Part shown: positions 47,664 to 57,060 of the stretch, one piece after another
Layout of the letters: the number at the start of each line of letters is the position of its first letter
Position numbering within the stretch: the first letter of the stretch is position 1
Assembly (NCBI GenBank): GCA_003140935.1
Contig: PLLJ01000041.1
Location: 12,212 to 76,211 of the forward strand
From: Candidatus Omnitrophota bacterium
GTDB lineage: Bacteria; Omnitrophota; Omnitrophia; Omnitrophales; Aquincolibacteriaceae
Direction of reading: 5' to 3'
Length of the DNA: 64,000 bases
Program-made: the position numbers and the translations under genes
The notes under the pieces: model-generated
Seen by the model: the letters and a program-made list of their open reading frames with translations, nothing else
What the model was told of the DNA's origin: nothing
Database searches by the model: none

Positions 47664-48627
47664 GGTCTTCGTTCTCGATCCTCTCATGGATGAACTTCAT
47701 AAGAGATTCTACCCCTTCTCCGGTTTTCACTGAAATCAAAAAATAGATCTGTCCCGAGCTCTGGAGTTCCTCCTGGATCTTCCCGATATCGTGCCCCAGA
47801 TCGATTTTATTGACCACGACCACGCTCGGGATCTGCCGGTAGGCTGCATCATGCTCATAAACGATCCTTTGCAGGACGCTCAAACCTTCGATGGCAGTTG
47901 AGGAAAATTTCAGGGTCGCGTCGATCATGAATACGATCAGCTTGGCACGTGCCAAGTGTCTTAAAAAGTCGGTCCCCAACCCTCTCCCGTCCGTAGAACC
48001 TTCAAAAATGGACGGCAGCTCGCAGAAATTGATCTGTTTATAGTCATCGTAAGGATGAACGCCCAACACCGGACTGCGCGTCGCGAAGGGATAATCCTTA
48101 CCTTCCACGGGAGCACGCGTCAAAAGATGCAGTAAGGAGGATTTTCCGGAACTGGGGAGCCCCACGAGAAAGACGTCTGCCATGATTCGGAATTCCACAT
48201 CGATCTCGAGTTTTTCGCCTTCTTCACCGGGAGTCGCCGTCTTGTCGCCGATATTCCCGGACCCACCCCGGCCCCCGCGAGCCACGATCACTTCCTCACC
48301 CTCGAGATAAAGATCCCGGATCGCAAGATGATTTTCTCGGCGATAGATCGAAGTCCCGATGGGAACCAACACAATCAGGTCCGCTCCTTTGCTTCCACGT
48401 TTGTTATCACTGCTACCGTGTTCTCCGGACTGGGCGTCCAAATGCTGCTTCAACCGGAGACGATCAAGACCCGGAGCGTTATGCGAAGCGCGAAAGATCA
48501 CACTCCCGCCGTCGCCGCCGTCGGCGCCGTTAGGCACTTTCTTGTGATCCTTGCGGTGGTTATAACTTTCACAGCCTTTGCCGCCACGCCCGCCCTGGAT
48601 TTTTAGATGAATTTTATCCACTAACAT
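47656..48627 (-). CDS. obg: Obg/CgtA GTPase (divergent)
   Basis: Gly-rich Obg fold, GLPSSGKS, YPFAT, GLG..FLRH, NKID; rplU-rpmA-obg-proB synteny. Confidence 0.9.
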   Translation of the reverse strand: MLVDKIHLKIQGGRGGKGCESYNHRKDHKKVPNGADGGDGGSVIFRASHNAPGLDRLRLKQHLDAQSGEHGSSDNKRGSKGADLIVLVPIGTSIYRRENHLAIRDLYLEGEEVIVARGGRGGSGNIGDKTATPGEEGEKLEIDVEFRIMADVFLVGLPSSGKSSLLHLLTRAPVEGKDYPFATRSPVLGVHPYDDYKQINFCELPSIFEGSTDGRGLGTDFLRHLARAKLIVFMIDATLKFSSTAIEGLSVLQRIVYEHDAAYRQIPSVVVVNKIDLGHDIGKIQEELQSSGQIYFLISVKTGEGVESLMKFIHERIENEDHV

Positions 48628-48644
48628 AGAAGTCCTTTAAAATA

Positions 48645-48684
48645 GAAAAGGCCAAAAAGCTTAGGACCGCTTTTTAGCCTTTTC
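48645..48684 (-). terminator. Hairpin between rpmA and obg
   Basis: GAAAAGGCTAAAAAGC / GCTTTTTGGCCTTTTC followed by TATTTT on the minus strand. Confidence 0.6.
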
Positions 48685-48703
48685 GAACTTGATTGGAATT
48701 GGA

Positions 48704-48946
48704 TTAACTCGGAATGATATGGACAGATCGGTTCGCCCGGAACTCCACGATCCCAGCTCGCTTTGCGAAAAGAGTGTAGTCGGTGCCGATCCCGACAAAA
48801 TTCCCAGGATGGTACCGGGTCCCACGCTGACGGACAATAATACTGCCTGCGGTGACCTTCTGCCCACCATAGGCTTTTACGCCTAAGCGTTTGGAATTGG
48901 AATCTCTTCCGTTTGTTGTACTGCCCTGACTTTTTGTATGTGCCAT
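48704..48946 (-). CDS. rpmA: 50S ribosomal protein L27
   Basis: MAHTK..GST.NGRDS..KRLGVK...IIVRQRGT. Confidence 0.98.
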   Translation of the reverse strand: MAHTKSQGSTTNGRDSNSKRLGVKAYGGQKVTAGSIIVRQRGTRYHPGNFVGIGTDYTLFAKRAGIVEFRANRSVHIIPS

Positions 48947-48967
48947 GTTTTCCTCTGAGAAATATGA

Positions 48968-49291
48968 TTAGCTGACTTTAATCTCTTTGACAAGCAACTT
49001 GAGCAGATCCTGCCGATGCCCTTGTTTACGCCGGGATGACTTTCGCTTGCGCATCCGGTAATGAACCAACTTGGGGCCCCGAAACTCCCCGAGATTTTCA
49101 CAAACGACCTTGGCCCCTGCGATCACCGGAGTCCCAACCTTCACTTGGCCTCCGTCCTGAACGAGCATCACCTGGTCTAAAATCACCTCTTTTTGGCCCT
49201 CGGCCACATCCATCAACTCAACTTCGATCACCTGCTGGGGTGCTACCCAATACTGCTTGGAACCCGTCTCAACAATGGCATACTTTTCCAT
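48968..49291 (-). CDS. rplU: 50S ribosomal protein L21
   Basis: YAIVETGSKQY, GTP, RRKQGHRQ. Confidence 0.97.
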   Translation of the reverse strand: MEKYAIVETGSKQYWVAPQQVIEVELMDVAEGQKEVILDQVMLVQDGGQVKVGTPVIAGAKVVCENLGEFRGPKLVHYRMRKRKSSRRKQGHRQDLLKLLVKEIKVS

Positions 49292-49323
49292 GAAATGACT
49301 CCTTTGACTGTAAGAGAGCGCAT

Positions 49324-49352
49324 ATCTTATGGGAATTCACCAGGCCTGTCAA
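49324..49352 (-). promoter_or_regulatory. Sigma70 promoter for rplU-rpmA
   Basis: TTGACA-17-TAAGAT on the minus strand. Confidence 0.7.
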
Positions 49353-49432
49353 TCCTTTTTAAAAACGCTTAACTTATTGGGACATAAAGGGTTAGATAAT
49401 TTTTGGCGAGTGTGTCAAAAATCCTGGACCGA

Positions 49433-50260
49433 TTAAGCAACCCCTTTTTTCAAATCGTTCAGCGACCAATCGAAGGCGGGATATTCGATCTTGTAGTTGG
49501 CTTCTTGCAGATAGGCTTCTTTAGCCTCATCCTCGAGATAATACGCCAAAAAAGAGAGTACCGCGTTATCGTCCGCGGAAAACTTGCCGCGAGGTTCCGG
49601 GGTCCCGAAATTTAGTTTAAAATCCTTTCCATACCATTTGAAGATCTTCGAAATCCTGATCTTTTTCCGACCCGGGGTAATATCTACATAGACCGGATCT
49701 GTCACGAATTTCCTCGTTAAGAGAAAAAGCTGCCCCTCCACCTTGGGGCCCGTGAATGCCTCACGCATCAACTTGGGACCGCCCCGGGCCGCCATAGAAA
49801 GCGCCAGATGGAGCTTCTCGTCACGATAGACCCCGATCAGATTGTTCAACCGGATATCGTTTAGACTGTACTGTCTTTGATTCATAATTTTCTTGCCGAA
49901 ATGAAATGATGCGATATCCCAAAAACTCGGGATTTTTTGAACGGAAGTCACGGGATAATTCTCGACCACGAGATTGATCAATAAAGCGTGATACACATTG
50001 ATCCAGAACGCCAAAGTCTCTTCCCGCGGCCACGATGCCAGTTCCCTTTCGTCCACCGCCATCAAAACCGCCAGAGAATCATTCAGCTCCTTCGGATCCT
50101 TCTTGATCGATTGATAATCTACCTCGCCCCTTTCGTTCACATTTTTTTTGAGGAAGGCATCCCATGCTGAATAATCAAAAGCTGTCGCCGCGTGAAGCCC
50201 TGTGGGAAAAATTAAAAGCAGGAAAAAAACTGTGAGGAATATTTTTTTTTGAAGCGTCAT
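49433..50260 (-). CDS. DUF547-family secreted protein
   Basis: Signal peptide, G.VDY, LAFWINVY, SKIFKWY..DF, DWSLN. Confidence 0.85.
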   Translation of the reverse strand: MTLQKKIFLTVFFLLLIFPTGLHAATAFDYSAWDAFLKKNVNERGEVDYQSIKKDPKELNDSLAVLMAVDERELASWPREETLAFWINVYHALLINLVVENYPVTSVQKIPSFWDIASFHFGKKIMNQRQYSLNDIRLNNLIGVYRDEKLHLALSMAARGGPKLMREAFTGPKVEGQLFLLTRKFVTDPVYVDITPGRKKIRISKIFKWYGKDFKLNFGTPEPRGKFSADDNAVLSFLAYYLEDEAKEAYLQEANYKIEYPAFDWSLNDLKKGVA

Positions 50261-50272
50261 GAGTCCATAACC

Positions 50273-50587
50273 CTAGAAACGGATGCCATGCTGCTTAAGG
50301 AAAACCTGATCATCATCGTTAAGTTCGCATTTAAGCTCTCCCGACCTAAGGTATTCGCCCATAACCCCTTCTTCGAACATTCCTTCGATCTCGTCGAGAT
50401 CTTCCGGAGAAAGCGGCGACATGTTCAGGAAAAAAATATTTACGTCCGGGCTCTTGTCTTTCATATCTTTAAAGAATTTCAATATCTCCGTGGGGCTCTT
50501 CCCCTCCATCGGATATTGGCTCATGATCTTTTTCAGTAGGTGCATCAGCTGTTTCATGTTCTGCTCAAATTCTTTGTCGAAACTCAT
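50273..50587 (-). CDS. Hypothetical acidic protein
   Basis: AAGGGAG RBS, in operon; C-terminus LNDDDQVFLKQHGIRF. Confidence 0.7.
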   Translation of the reverse strand: MSFDKEFEQNMKQLMHLLKKIMSQYPMEGKSPTEILKFFKDMKDKSPDVNIFFLNMSPLSPEDLDEIEGMFEEGVMGEYLRSGELKCELNDDDQVFLKQHGIRF

Positions 50588-50625
50588 AGGCACTCCCTTC
50601 AAATAAAATGATAAGAACGCTCGAT

Positions 50626-51552
50626 CTAATTATGGTCGTTTAAAAAATCCTGGGCAGCCAAGGCCGCAGCGCAACCTTCGCCACAAGCCGAAACCAACTG
50701 CCGTACTGCCCCTTTGCGCACTTCCCCCGCTGCGAAAACTCCAGGCACGGAAGTTGCAAGTGAGTCATCGGTCACGATGTATCCTTTTTCATCCAGAGTC
50801 ACAAAATCTTTTAGAAAGCCGCTATTGGGATCGTGCCCGATAAATACAAAAACACCGTCTACCAAGATCTTTTGCATCTCACCTGTTTTCACATTTTTCA
50901 AAAGAACGGCTTCCACTTTCCGGCTGCCTTCAATTCTATCAACAACGGTATCCCAAATAAAGCTTATCTTGGGATTCGCTTTGGCGCGTTCTTGAAGAAT
51001 CGGACTCGCACGCAATTTGTCGCGGCGATGAACGATGATCACACGCTCGGCAAACCGCGTCAAAAAAACCCCCTCCTGAAGTGCGGAATCTCCACCCCCA
51101 ACCGCGATGATCTTTTTGCCTTTAAAGAAGGCCCCATCGCAGGTTGCGCAATAAGAAACACCCTTGCCTGTGAGTTCCTTTTCGTTGGGAACCCCGATCA
51201 TGCGAAACGAGGCGCCCATCGCAAGGATAACGGCCCGCGCGACGTAACTTGCTTCAGCGCTTGCAACTTCAAAAACATTCCCTTTCCGCGAAAGATTTTT
51301 TACTTCTTCGTAAATAATTTGAGTGCCGTATCGGATAGCTTGGGCTTCCATTCTCTGGGCAATCTCGGATCCCAGGATACCTTCCGTAAAACCGGGATAA
51401 TTCTCCACCAAATCGGTGGAGGCAATTTGCCCTCCCGAAACAAGTTTTTCAAAAAGTACCGTGGAAAGTTTGGCGCGTGAGGCATAGAGGGCGGCGGTCA
51501 ACCCTGCTCCGCCGCCACCGATAATCATCACATCATGGATCTTTTTTTCCAT
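50626..51552 (-). CDS. trxB: Thioredoxin-disulfide reductase
   Basis: IIGGG.AGLTAA, GVSYCATCDG, GGGDSA, HRRD. Confidence 0.96.
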   Translation of the reverse strand: MEKKIHDVMIIGGGGAGLTAALYASRAKLSTVLFEKLVSGGQIASTDLVENYPGFTEGILGSEIAQRMEAQAIRYGTQIIYEEVKNLSRKGNVFEVASAEASYVARAVILAMGASFRMIGVPNEKELTGKGVSYCATCDGAFFKGKKIIAVGGGDSALQEGVFLTRFAERVIIVHRRDKLRASPILQERAKANPKISFIWDTVVDRIEGSRKVEAVLLKNVKTGEMQKILVDGVFVFIGHDPNSGFLKDFVTLDEKGYIVTDDSLATSVPGVFAAGEVRKGAVRQLVSACGEGCAAALAAQDFLNDHN

Positions 51553-51554
51553 AC

Positions 51555-51980
51555 CTAGACCTCGTAAACGCTCGCCGTTTTCAATATCTCTTCATCTGCA
51601 AAAACAGGCACCTGCGCGCGTAACGCGATCGCCACACTATCGGAAGGCCGGGAATCGATCACCACCTCTTGACCATTTTCCTTGAGGATATACAGTTTGG
51701 CATGAAAGGTATTGTTTTCTAGCTTGTCGATCACGACCTTCTGAAGTTTGCCGCCAAGCTCCTGGACGATCTTGAGCATCAGATCATGAGTCATCGGTCG
51801 CGGCGGTTTGACGTTGCCCAATTTCAATTTGATGGCATGGATCTCCGGCAACCCGATCACCACGGGAAGAAACCGTTTCCCGTCTTTTTCCCGGAAAACC
51901 ACGAGTTGCTCATGCCGGTTCTCATCGACCTTGATCTTGCTCAAGACCATTTCAATCATCGATGGCCTCGGGACGGACAT
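51555..51980 (-). CDS. Bifunctional nuclease family (DUF151)
   Basis: LP.VIG..E, RPMTHDL, DSRPSD..AIALR. Confidence 0.9.
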   Translation of the reverse strand: MSVPRPSMIEMVLSKIKVDENRHEQLVVFREKDGKRFLPVVIGLPEIHAIKLKLGNVKPPRPMTHDLMLKIVQELGGKLQKVVIDKLENNTFHAKLYILKENGQEVVIDSRPSDSVAIALRAQVPVFADEEILKTASVYEV

Positions 51981-53523
51981 GGGACGTGTGGAATGCAGAG
52001 GCGTCTGGAGAACTTGTGTGTTTACGTTGTTCCAAAACAGGACCTTCGTGTTTTGTTTTCTCGGCTAAATGCCGCTGGACCTGCTTCGCTTCGATCACTT
52101 CGCGCTCGATCGTTTCCTGTTCGGCCAAGAGCTTCCGCATATCCTCCTCACGGTCGCGAATCTCGGCTTCGATCTTCTCCTGCTCTTTGACCACCTGTTT
52201 CAAGCGCGCCTCTTTGGACACGAGTTGTTCATGGAACTGGGCCTTTTTCTGCACCGTCTCACGCTGATCCAGTTCGGCATAAAGCTCACGGATCTGCTTA
52301 CGGGCATTTTCCAGATCCATCTCCCGGGCCTCGAGCTGTGCGAGACGCACTTGCCAGGACTTTTGCTGGTCTTCGAAAGATACCCGAATCTGCCGAATCT
52401 CTTTTTCAAATTCAGAAGATTTCTGCTCCCATCGTTTGGCCTGCTGGGTCTGGAGTTCTAATTCCTGGATCAGGCGGGTTTCGCTCGACTGGACGATCCT
52501 CTTGCCTTCTTCGAGATTTTTGATCTTCGCGTGGAGCCCCTCCACCAGGGTTTTTTGATTCTCGAGTTCTCTCCGGAACTGAGCGGTCTGGCTTTCCCAT
52601 TCGCGACGCGCCTGTTCCTGCTCGTCCTTGGCACGCTGGAGATCATTCTTCACGGCATGAAAACTTTTGAGGAGCATCTGCTTCTCTTGCAGCAGCTCTT
52701 TATGGGTCAGATCACGCTCTTCGATCTGCTTGAGCAACTCTTCGGCCTTATGATCTTCGGAACCCAGCTTTTCTTCAAAATACTGGCGTGTCTGGCGAAA
52801 CTCCTCGCGAAGAAGCTCATATTTTTCCTCAGCGTGATTCACCAAGGCCTGCAATTCCTGGGCCTCTTTTTCTTTCTGCTTTGTTGCGGCCTCGTGAACC
52901 TTCACCATTCTTTCTTTTTCCGAAACTTCTACCTGCGCCTTTTCAAGCGCCTTGCGAAGCTGGCTCACGCTCTCCTTTAGCCCTACGCTCTCTTTTAAAA
53001 GTTTTTCACGTTCTTCCTCAAGGATGCTTCGAAAATGACGGCCGTTCTGATGGGCCATGCCATTTCCCAAAGGGGCGCGCTCACCACGCTCCGAAGAAAC
53101 CCCCTCGGCCTGGACCCAGGATCGGATCTCCTGGATCGCTTCGCTGTGGTCAAGCTTTTCGGTCTCATTTTTTTTGGATGATACTGCCGGAGATTCTGTC
53201 GGATGAAGGAATGCGAGATTGGGCGGTGTGGGCCATACGGTCCGATAACATCGTCGTTTCAAAAAACCGTCATTACTGATCACGATATCCGTTTGAGCAC
53301 TTTGAAAATATTGCTTTACCTGAAGCGCCGTCGCATACAAAAGATTGTCCATAAGAATGATGGGGGTGTTTTGTACGAGGTCGAGCGCTTCGTTCATGGG
53401 AAGTTGAAACGCCTTGGCGATCTCACGCGCGATTTTGTTGCGTTCCAGCTCGCTCTGGAGGGGGTTGAGGACCACGAACCAGTCCTGCCCGCCTTGCTGA
53501 ACTTTTCTAGTGCCTGTAAGCAT
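51952..53523 (-). CDS. Long coiled-coil protein with globular N-terminus
   Basis: About 350 E/K/Q-rich heptad residues; N-terminal EA.DLV..TP.I element. Confidence 0.75.
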   Translation of the reverse strand: MLTGTRKVQQGGQDWFVVLNPLQSELERNKIAREIAKAFQLPMNEALDLVQNTPIILMDNLLYATALQVKQYFQSAQTDIVISNDGFLKRRCYRTVWPTPPNLAFLHPTESPAVSSKKNETEKLDHSEAIQEIRSWVQAEGVSSERGERAPLGNGMAHQNGRHFRSILEEEREKLLKESVGLKESVSQLRKALEKAQVEVSEKERMVKVHEAATKQKEKEAQELQALVNHAEEKYELLREEFRQTRQYFEEKLGSEDHKAEELLKQIEERDLTHKELLQEKQMLLKSFHAVKNDLQRAKDEQEQARREWESQTAQFRRELENQKTLVEGLHAKIKNLEEGKRIVQSSETRLIQELELQTQQAKRWEQKSSEFEKEIRQIRVSFEDQQKSWQVRLAQLEAREMDLENARKQIRELYAELDQRETVQKKAQFHEQLVSKEARLKQVVKEQEKIEAEIRDREEDMRKLLAEQETIEREVIEAKQVQRHLAEKTKHEGPVLEQRKHTSSPDASAFHTSHVRPEAIDD

Positions 53524-53593
53524 GCCAACCCTTGGAAATTTTCAATTTTAGAGAAAAGGATATTGCGTCATGAGGCCTAAATTCCTGTTCGCT

Positions 53594-53935
53594 TTAGAAC
53601 GTAATCCGTTCGGCGATCTCATGGATCACCGGAATCTCCCACCGCTCTCTCATCAGCACCTTCACGATCCCGATAAGCGAAAGAATCCCGAACACTACGA
53701 AGGACAAAGTAAATACAAGATCCCCGAACACAGGAACAACCTTCAAGATCGCCGCAGCCAATTCAAGGATAAAAAGCACCAGGGCTTGCTTTCCGTGAAA
53801 AAGCGCGAACTTGTTCTCTTTCTTGAGCGCAAGCGGCACAAAACAAAGAAAACTCAAATAGCCGATCGCTGCAAAAAACTGTGCATCCTGTGCCTCCGGG
53901 TCCTTGGGCACAACAACTTTTTCATTCTTAGTCAT
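53594..53935 (-). CDS. DUF4870-family membrane protein
   Basis: AAIGYL, FHGKQAL, WEIPVI; AAGGAG RBS. Confidence 0.82.
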   Translation of the reverse strand: MTKNEKVVVPKDPEAQDAQFFAAIGYLSFLCFVPLALKKENKFALFHGKQALVLFILELAAAILKVVPVFGDLVFTLSFVVFGILSLIGIVKVLMRERWEIPVIHEIAERITF

Positions 53936-53964
53936 CGTTTCTCCTTCGTTTAGACGAATGCAGC

Positions 53965-53994
53965 ATTATAGAAAGACCTGCGTACAATCGTCAA
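53965..53994 (-). promoter_or_regulatory. Putative sigma70 promoter
   Basis: TTGACG-18-TATAAT on the minus strand. Confidence 0.55.
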
Positions 53995-54049
53995 GGCGCA
54001 ATCCTGAAAATTGATGCGGCAGCTGCGCCCGCAAAAACCCTCAACCGCT

Positions 54050-54388
54050 TCACGCAACCGCGGGTTTCGCTTCGTGGCAAACCCTAGGGATCGTCCGTTC
54101 CATCGGAATAAAAAAACTTCCCACTTCGCATACACCGATATACATCCTGCGCAACATGTAGACAGTCCCCATGCCCAGTCCCGGGAAAAATCCAGAACCG
54201 CCCTGGTCCTTCATATCCGCATGGATCGTGCACGGAATTTCGGCAGGGCTGGTCACGACATTCTCAAGCCCGCGACCAAACTTAGTCCCGATCCCATACA
54301 TATAATCTCCCACCGTCTCCTCGGCCAACGCAAAAGGCACCAAAAGCACCGTCAGCGCGAGCAACAGGGTGGATATTCTTAGCCACAT
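54050..54388 (-). CDS. Secreted/membrane protein, TIGR04073-like family
   Basis: Signal peptide; KFGRGLENVVTSPAEIP...R...GVCEV..F.IP. Confidence 0.68.
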   Translation of the reverse strand: MWLRISTLLLALTVLLVPFALAEETVGDYMYGIGTKFGRGLENVVTSPAEIPCTIHADMKDQGGSGFFPGLGMGTVYMLRRMYIGVCEVGSFFIPMERTIPRVCHEAKPAVA

Positions 54389-54402
54389 AAAAGATCCTTT
54401 CA

Positions 54403-55035
54403 TTAACCTTTGCGGACCAAACGCCAAGGATGCATTTTCAGTTCTGCGGTCATATCCCGAAGATTCGCCGTCACCTCATGAAGATTACCGATGCTCTTGG
54501 AGATCTCCTCTTTATTCCCGCCCACCACATCATTCATGGTTTTCAATAATGGATTAAGGTCCTCGGTCATTTTCGAAACCTCGTCCGCTAAAAGATTCAT
54601 CTTGCGGATCAAAACGTGCATCGGGATCGGGTCCACGCCTTCGATCACCTTACCGGTTGCCATAGGCGGAGCATCTTTTGAACCCACAGAGATCTCGATG
54701 AACTTCTCCCCCATCATCCCGAGGGTATCAATGTAAGCAACGCTATCGGCGCGGACATAGGCGTCCTTGGAAACTTTGATCGTCACCAGGACCGGCCTCG
54801 GTTGTCCCGGAAGGATCTGGATACCATCCACCTTACCGACCTCGCGGCCTGCGTAATAAACGGGGGCGCTATCGCTTAAGCCGCTCAGGTATCCGAACTG
54901 CACCTTCCATTCGTTAGCCCCTTTCTTGAAATAGCCTCCGACCACGAACGTCATGACCAGAAGCACCACGAGCGCGACCAGCACAAAAAATCCGGATTTG
55001 ATCTCGGATGACGAATAAGTATTTGATGAATCCAT
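54403..55035 (-). CDS. mlaD: MlaD/MCE-domain protein
   Basis: EIKSGFFV TM anchor, GL...APV.Y.G..VG.V, TLGMMGEKFIEI, HPWRL. Confidence 0.88.
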   Translation of the reverse strand: MDSSNTYSSSEIKSGFFVLVALVVLLVMTFVVGGYFKKGANEWKVQFGYLSGLSDSAPVYYAGREVGKVDGIQILPGQPRPVLVTIKVSKDAYVRADSVAYIDTLGMMGEKFIEISVGSKDAPPMATGKVIEGVDPIPMHVLIRKMNLLADEVSKMTEDLNPLLKTMNDVVGGNKEEISKSIGNLHEVTANLRDMTAELKMHPWRLVRKG

Positions 55036-55059
55036 CTTTTCCTCCTCTGGAAACGATTC

Positions 55060-55866
55060 TTAAGTGGAAAGAAGCCCTTTTAAATAAGCTTCGCTCGTTT
55101 GTTTGAACGGGATGACACCTTCAGACTCCCCATGAATGAACTGTTGAACATAGGAATCCTTTGAATTCTTGATCTCATCGGCAGTGCCAACTTGCAGGAC
55201 CTTGCCCTTATGAAGGACGATGATCTGGTCCGCGATTCGGAACGCACTTTTCATTTCATGCGACACCACTACCGACGTGATATTGAGCTTTTTGCTAAGG
55301 TCCAGGATCAAGCGATCGATCATGCTCGCCGTGATCGGATCCAAGCCCGCGCCCGGTTCGTCATAGAAGACGATCTTCGGATCCAGCGCGATCGCGCGCG
55401 CGAGCGCCACGCGTTTTTTCATACCGCCCGAGATTTGATGGGGCATGAAGTCTTCAAAGCCCGTCAGCCCCACAAGCTCCAATTTCACACGGACAATGAT
55501 ACGGATGATCTCAGGAGAAAGGTCCGTGTGTTCTTTGAGCGGCACGGCAACGTTCTCGCCAACGGTCATCGAATTAAAAAGGGCTGACCCTTGAAAAAGC
55601 ATGCCGAACTTTCGTCTCACATTATTCATCTCTTTTTCGCTGAGGCCCACGATATTGGCTCCATCCACCAGGATCTCGCCGGAAGTCGGCTGATGCAAGG
55701 CGATGAGATGTCTCAAGAAGGTTGTTTTGCCACATCCCGAGCCGCCCATGATGACCGTGATCTGGCCGCGTGGGATCTCGACGTTGATCCCGTTCAGCAC
55801 CGTAAGGTCCCCGAAACGTTTAATGAGATTCCTGACTTCGATAACGCATGGTTCGGATTCGCTCAT
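55060..55866 (-). CDS. mlaF: MlaF-type ABC ATPase
   Basis: GGSGCGKT, FQGSALFNSM, SGGMKKRVALARA, YDEP..GLDP. Confidence 0.9.
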   Translation of the reverse strand: MSESEPCVIEVRNLIKRFGDLTVLNGINVEIPRGQITVIMGGSGCGKTTFLRHLIALHQPTSGEILVDGANIVGLSEKEMNNVRRKFGMLFQGSALFNSMTVGENVAVPLKEHTDLSPEIIRIIVRVKLELVGLTGFEDFMPHQISGGMKKRVALARAIALDPKIVFYDEPGAGLDPITASMIDRLILDLSKKLNITSVVVSHEMKSAFRIADQIIVLHKGKVLQVGTADEIKNSKDSYVQQFIHGESEGVIPFKQTSEAYLKGLLST

Positions 55867-55873
55867 ATGTTCC

Positions 55874-56674
55874 TCAAGTGGGCAAGGCGTAATAAATGAC
55901 CGCCGTCGCCAGACAGTCCACTACAATGATCAGCACGATCGAGATCACGACGGCTTGCGTCGTGGCTTTTCCTACCGCATCGGCACCGCCTGACACGGAA
56001 AGTCCCTGATGACAGCTCACCAGCGCGATCAAGATGCTGAAGATAAAACTTTTCAGGAGCCCGGTGTAGATGTCTTTGAGACAAAGAGCCTCAATACTCT
56101 TGGCAATATAAAGACTGGAATTGATCCCAAGCCCCGTCGTCCCGATCGCCCAACCGCCGATCATCCCCACGATATCCACGATAACGGTCAAGCACGGAAG
56201 CATCAAGGCCAGCGCGAGGACACGAGGCGCGACAAGATACCGTATCGGATTAATACCCATTGTGATAAGCGCATCTACCTCTTCCTGTACCATCATGGTC
56301 CCGATCTCTGCGGCCATGCGCGCGCCGATCCGGCCGGAGATTACGATCGCTGCGATCAGAGGCCCCAATTCGCGGGCCATCGCAACGCATACAAGACTTC
56401 CCGTGTACATGAGGGCCCCAAAAGTCTTCAGGGAATACGCCGCTTGTAAGGCCAGAACGGTCCCGACCGAAGCCCCCACGAGAGAAACAATCGCCGTCGA
56501 ATCAATACCGATCAAAACCATCTGACGGAAAAGAACTTCCCGGGGGATAACCTTCCTCTTGAAAAAAGACGAGAGTGTATAACCGACGACCGCCGATCCG
56601 AGATTCCACAAACGGGCAACACCCGACAAAATAAAAAATATCGACTGTCCGGTCTTTCCCGCAAATTCCTTCAT
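55874..56674 (-). CDS. mlaE: MlaE-type ABC permease
   Basis: RELGP, GRIGA..AAEIGTM, VGKATT.AVV. ATG 56674 with AAGGA RBS. Confidence 0.9.
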   Translation of the reverse strand: MKEFAGKTGQSIFFILSGVARLWNLGSAVVGYTLSSFFKRKVIPREVLFRQMVLIGIDSTAIVSLVGASVGTVLALQAAYSLKTFGALMYTGSLVCVAMARELGPLIAAIVISGRIGARMAAEIGTMMVQEEVDALITMGINPIRYLVAPRVLALALMLPCLTVIVDIVGMIGGWAIGTTGLGINSSLYIAKSIEALCLKDIYTGLLKSFIFSILIALVSCHQGLSVSGGADAVGKATTQAVVISIVLIIVVDCLATAVIYYALPT

Positions 56675-56699
56675 AAGACTATATTCCTTAAATATGCGT

Positions 56700-57044
56700 T
56701 CAGGCTTTGGCGCCCAGGCACTTTTCCGCTTCCGCGACAGTCGAAGTGATCTCAAAAATACTATCGAGCTTGGCGATCTCAAAAACGCCACGGACCGTGG
56801 GTGTAAGCGCCGCAAGAATGAGACGGCCCTGATAGCGTTTAGCCTTTTGGAATGCTTCGACAAAGGTCGCGATACCGGAACTGTCCATATAGTCCACACC
56901 ACTCAGGTTCACGAGGATCTTGGAAGCTTGTTTCACGGTCAATTCCGTCAATTTTTCGCGAAGCTCGGGTGAAGAATGGTAATCCAATTCCCCTGAAAGC
57001 TCCAGCACATGGATGTCTCCTTGATTTGTCGATTGTATTTTCAT
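56700..57044 (-). CDS. STAS-domain protein (RsbV/SpoIIAA or MlaB-like)
   Basis: L.GELD, VDYMDSSG phospho-Ser motif. Confidence 0.9.
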   Translation of the reverse strand: MKIQSTNQGDIHVLELSGELDYHSSPELREKLTELTVKQASKILVNLSGVDYMDSSGIATFVEAFQKAKRYQGRLILAALTPTVRGVFEIAKLDSIFEITSTVAEAEKCLGAKA

Positions 57045-57060
57045 AGTTCACCTTTCTCTT

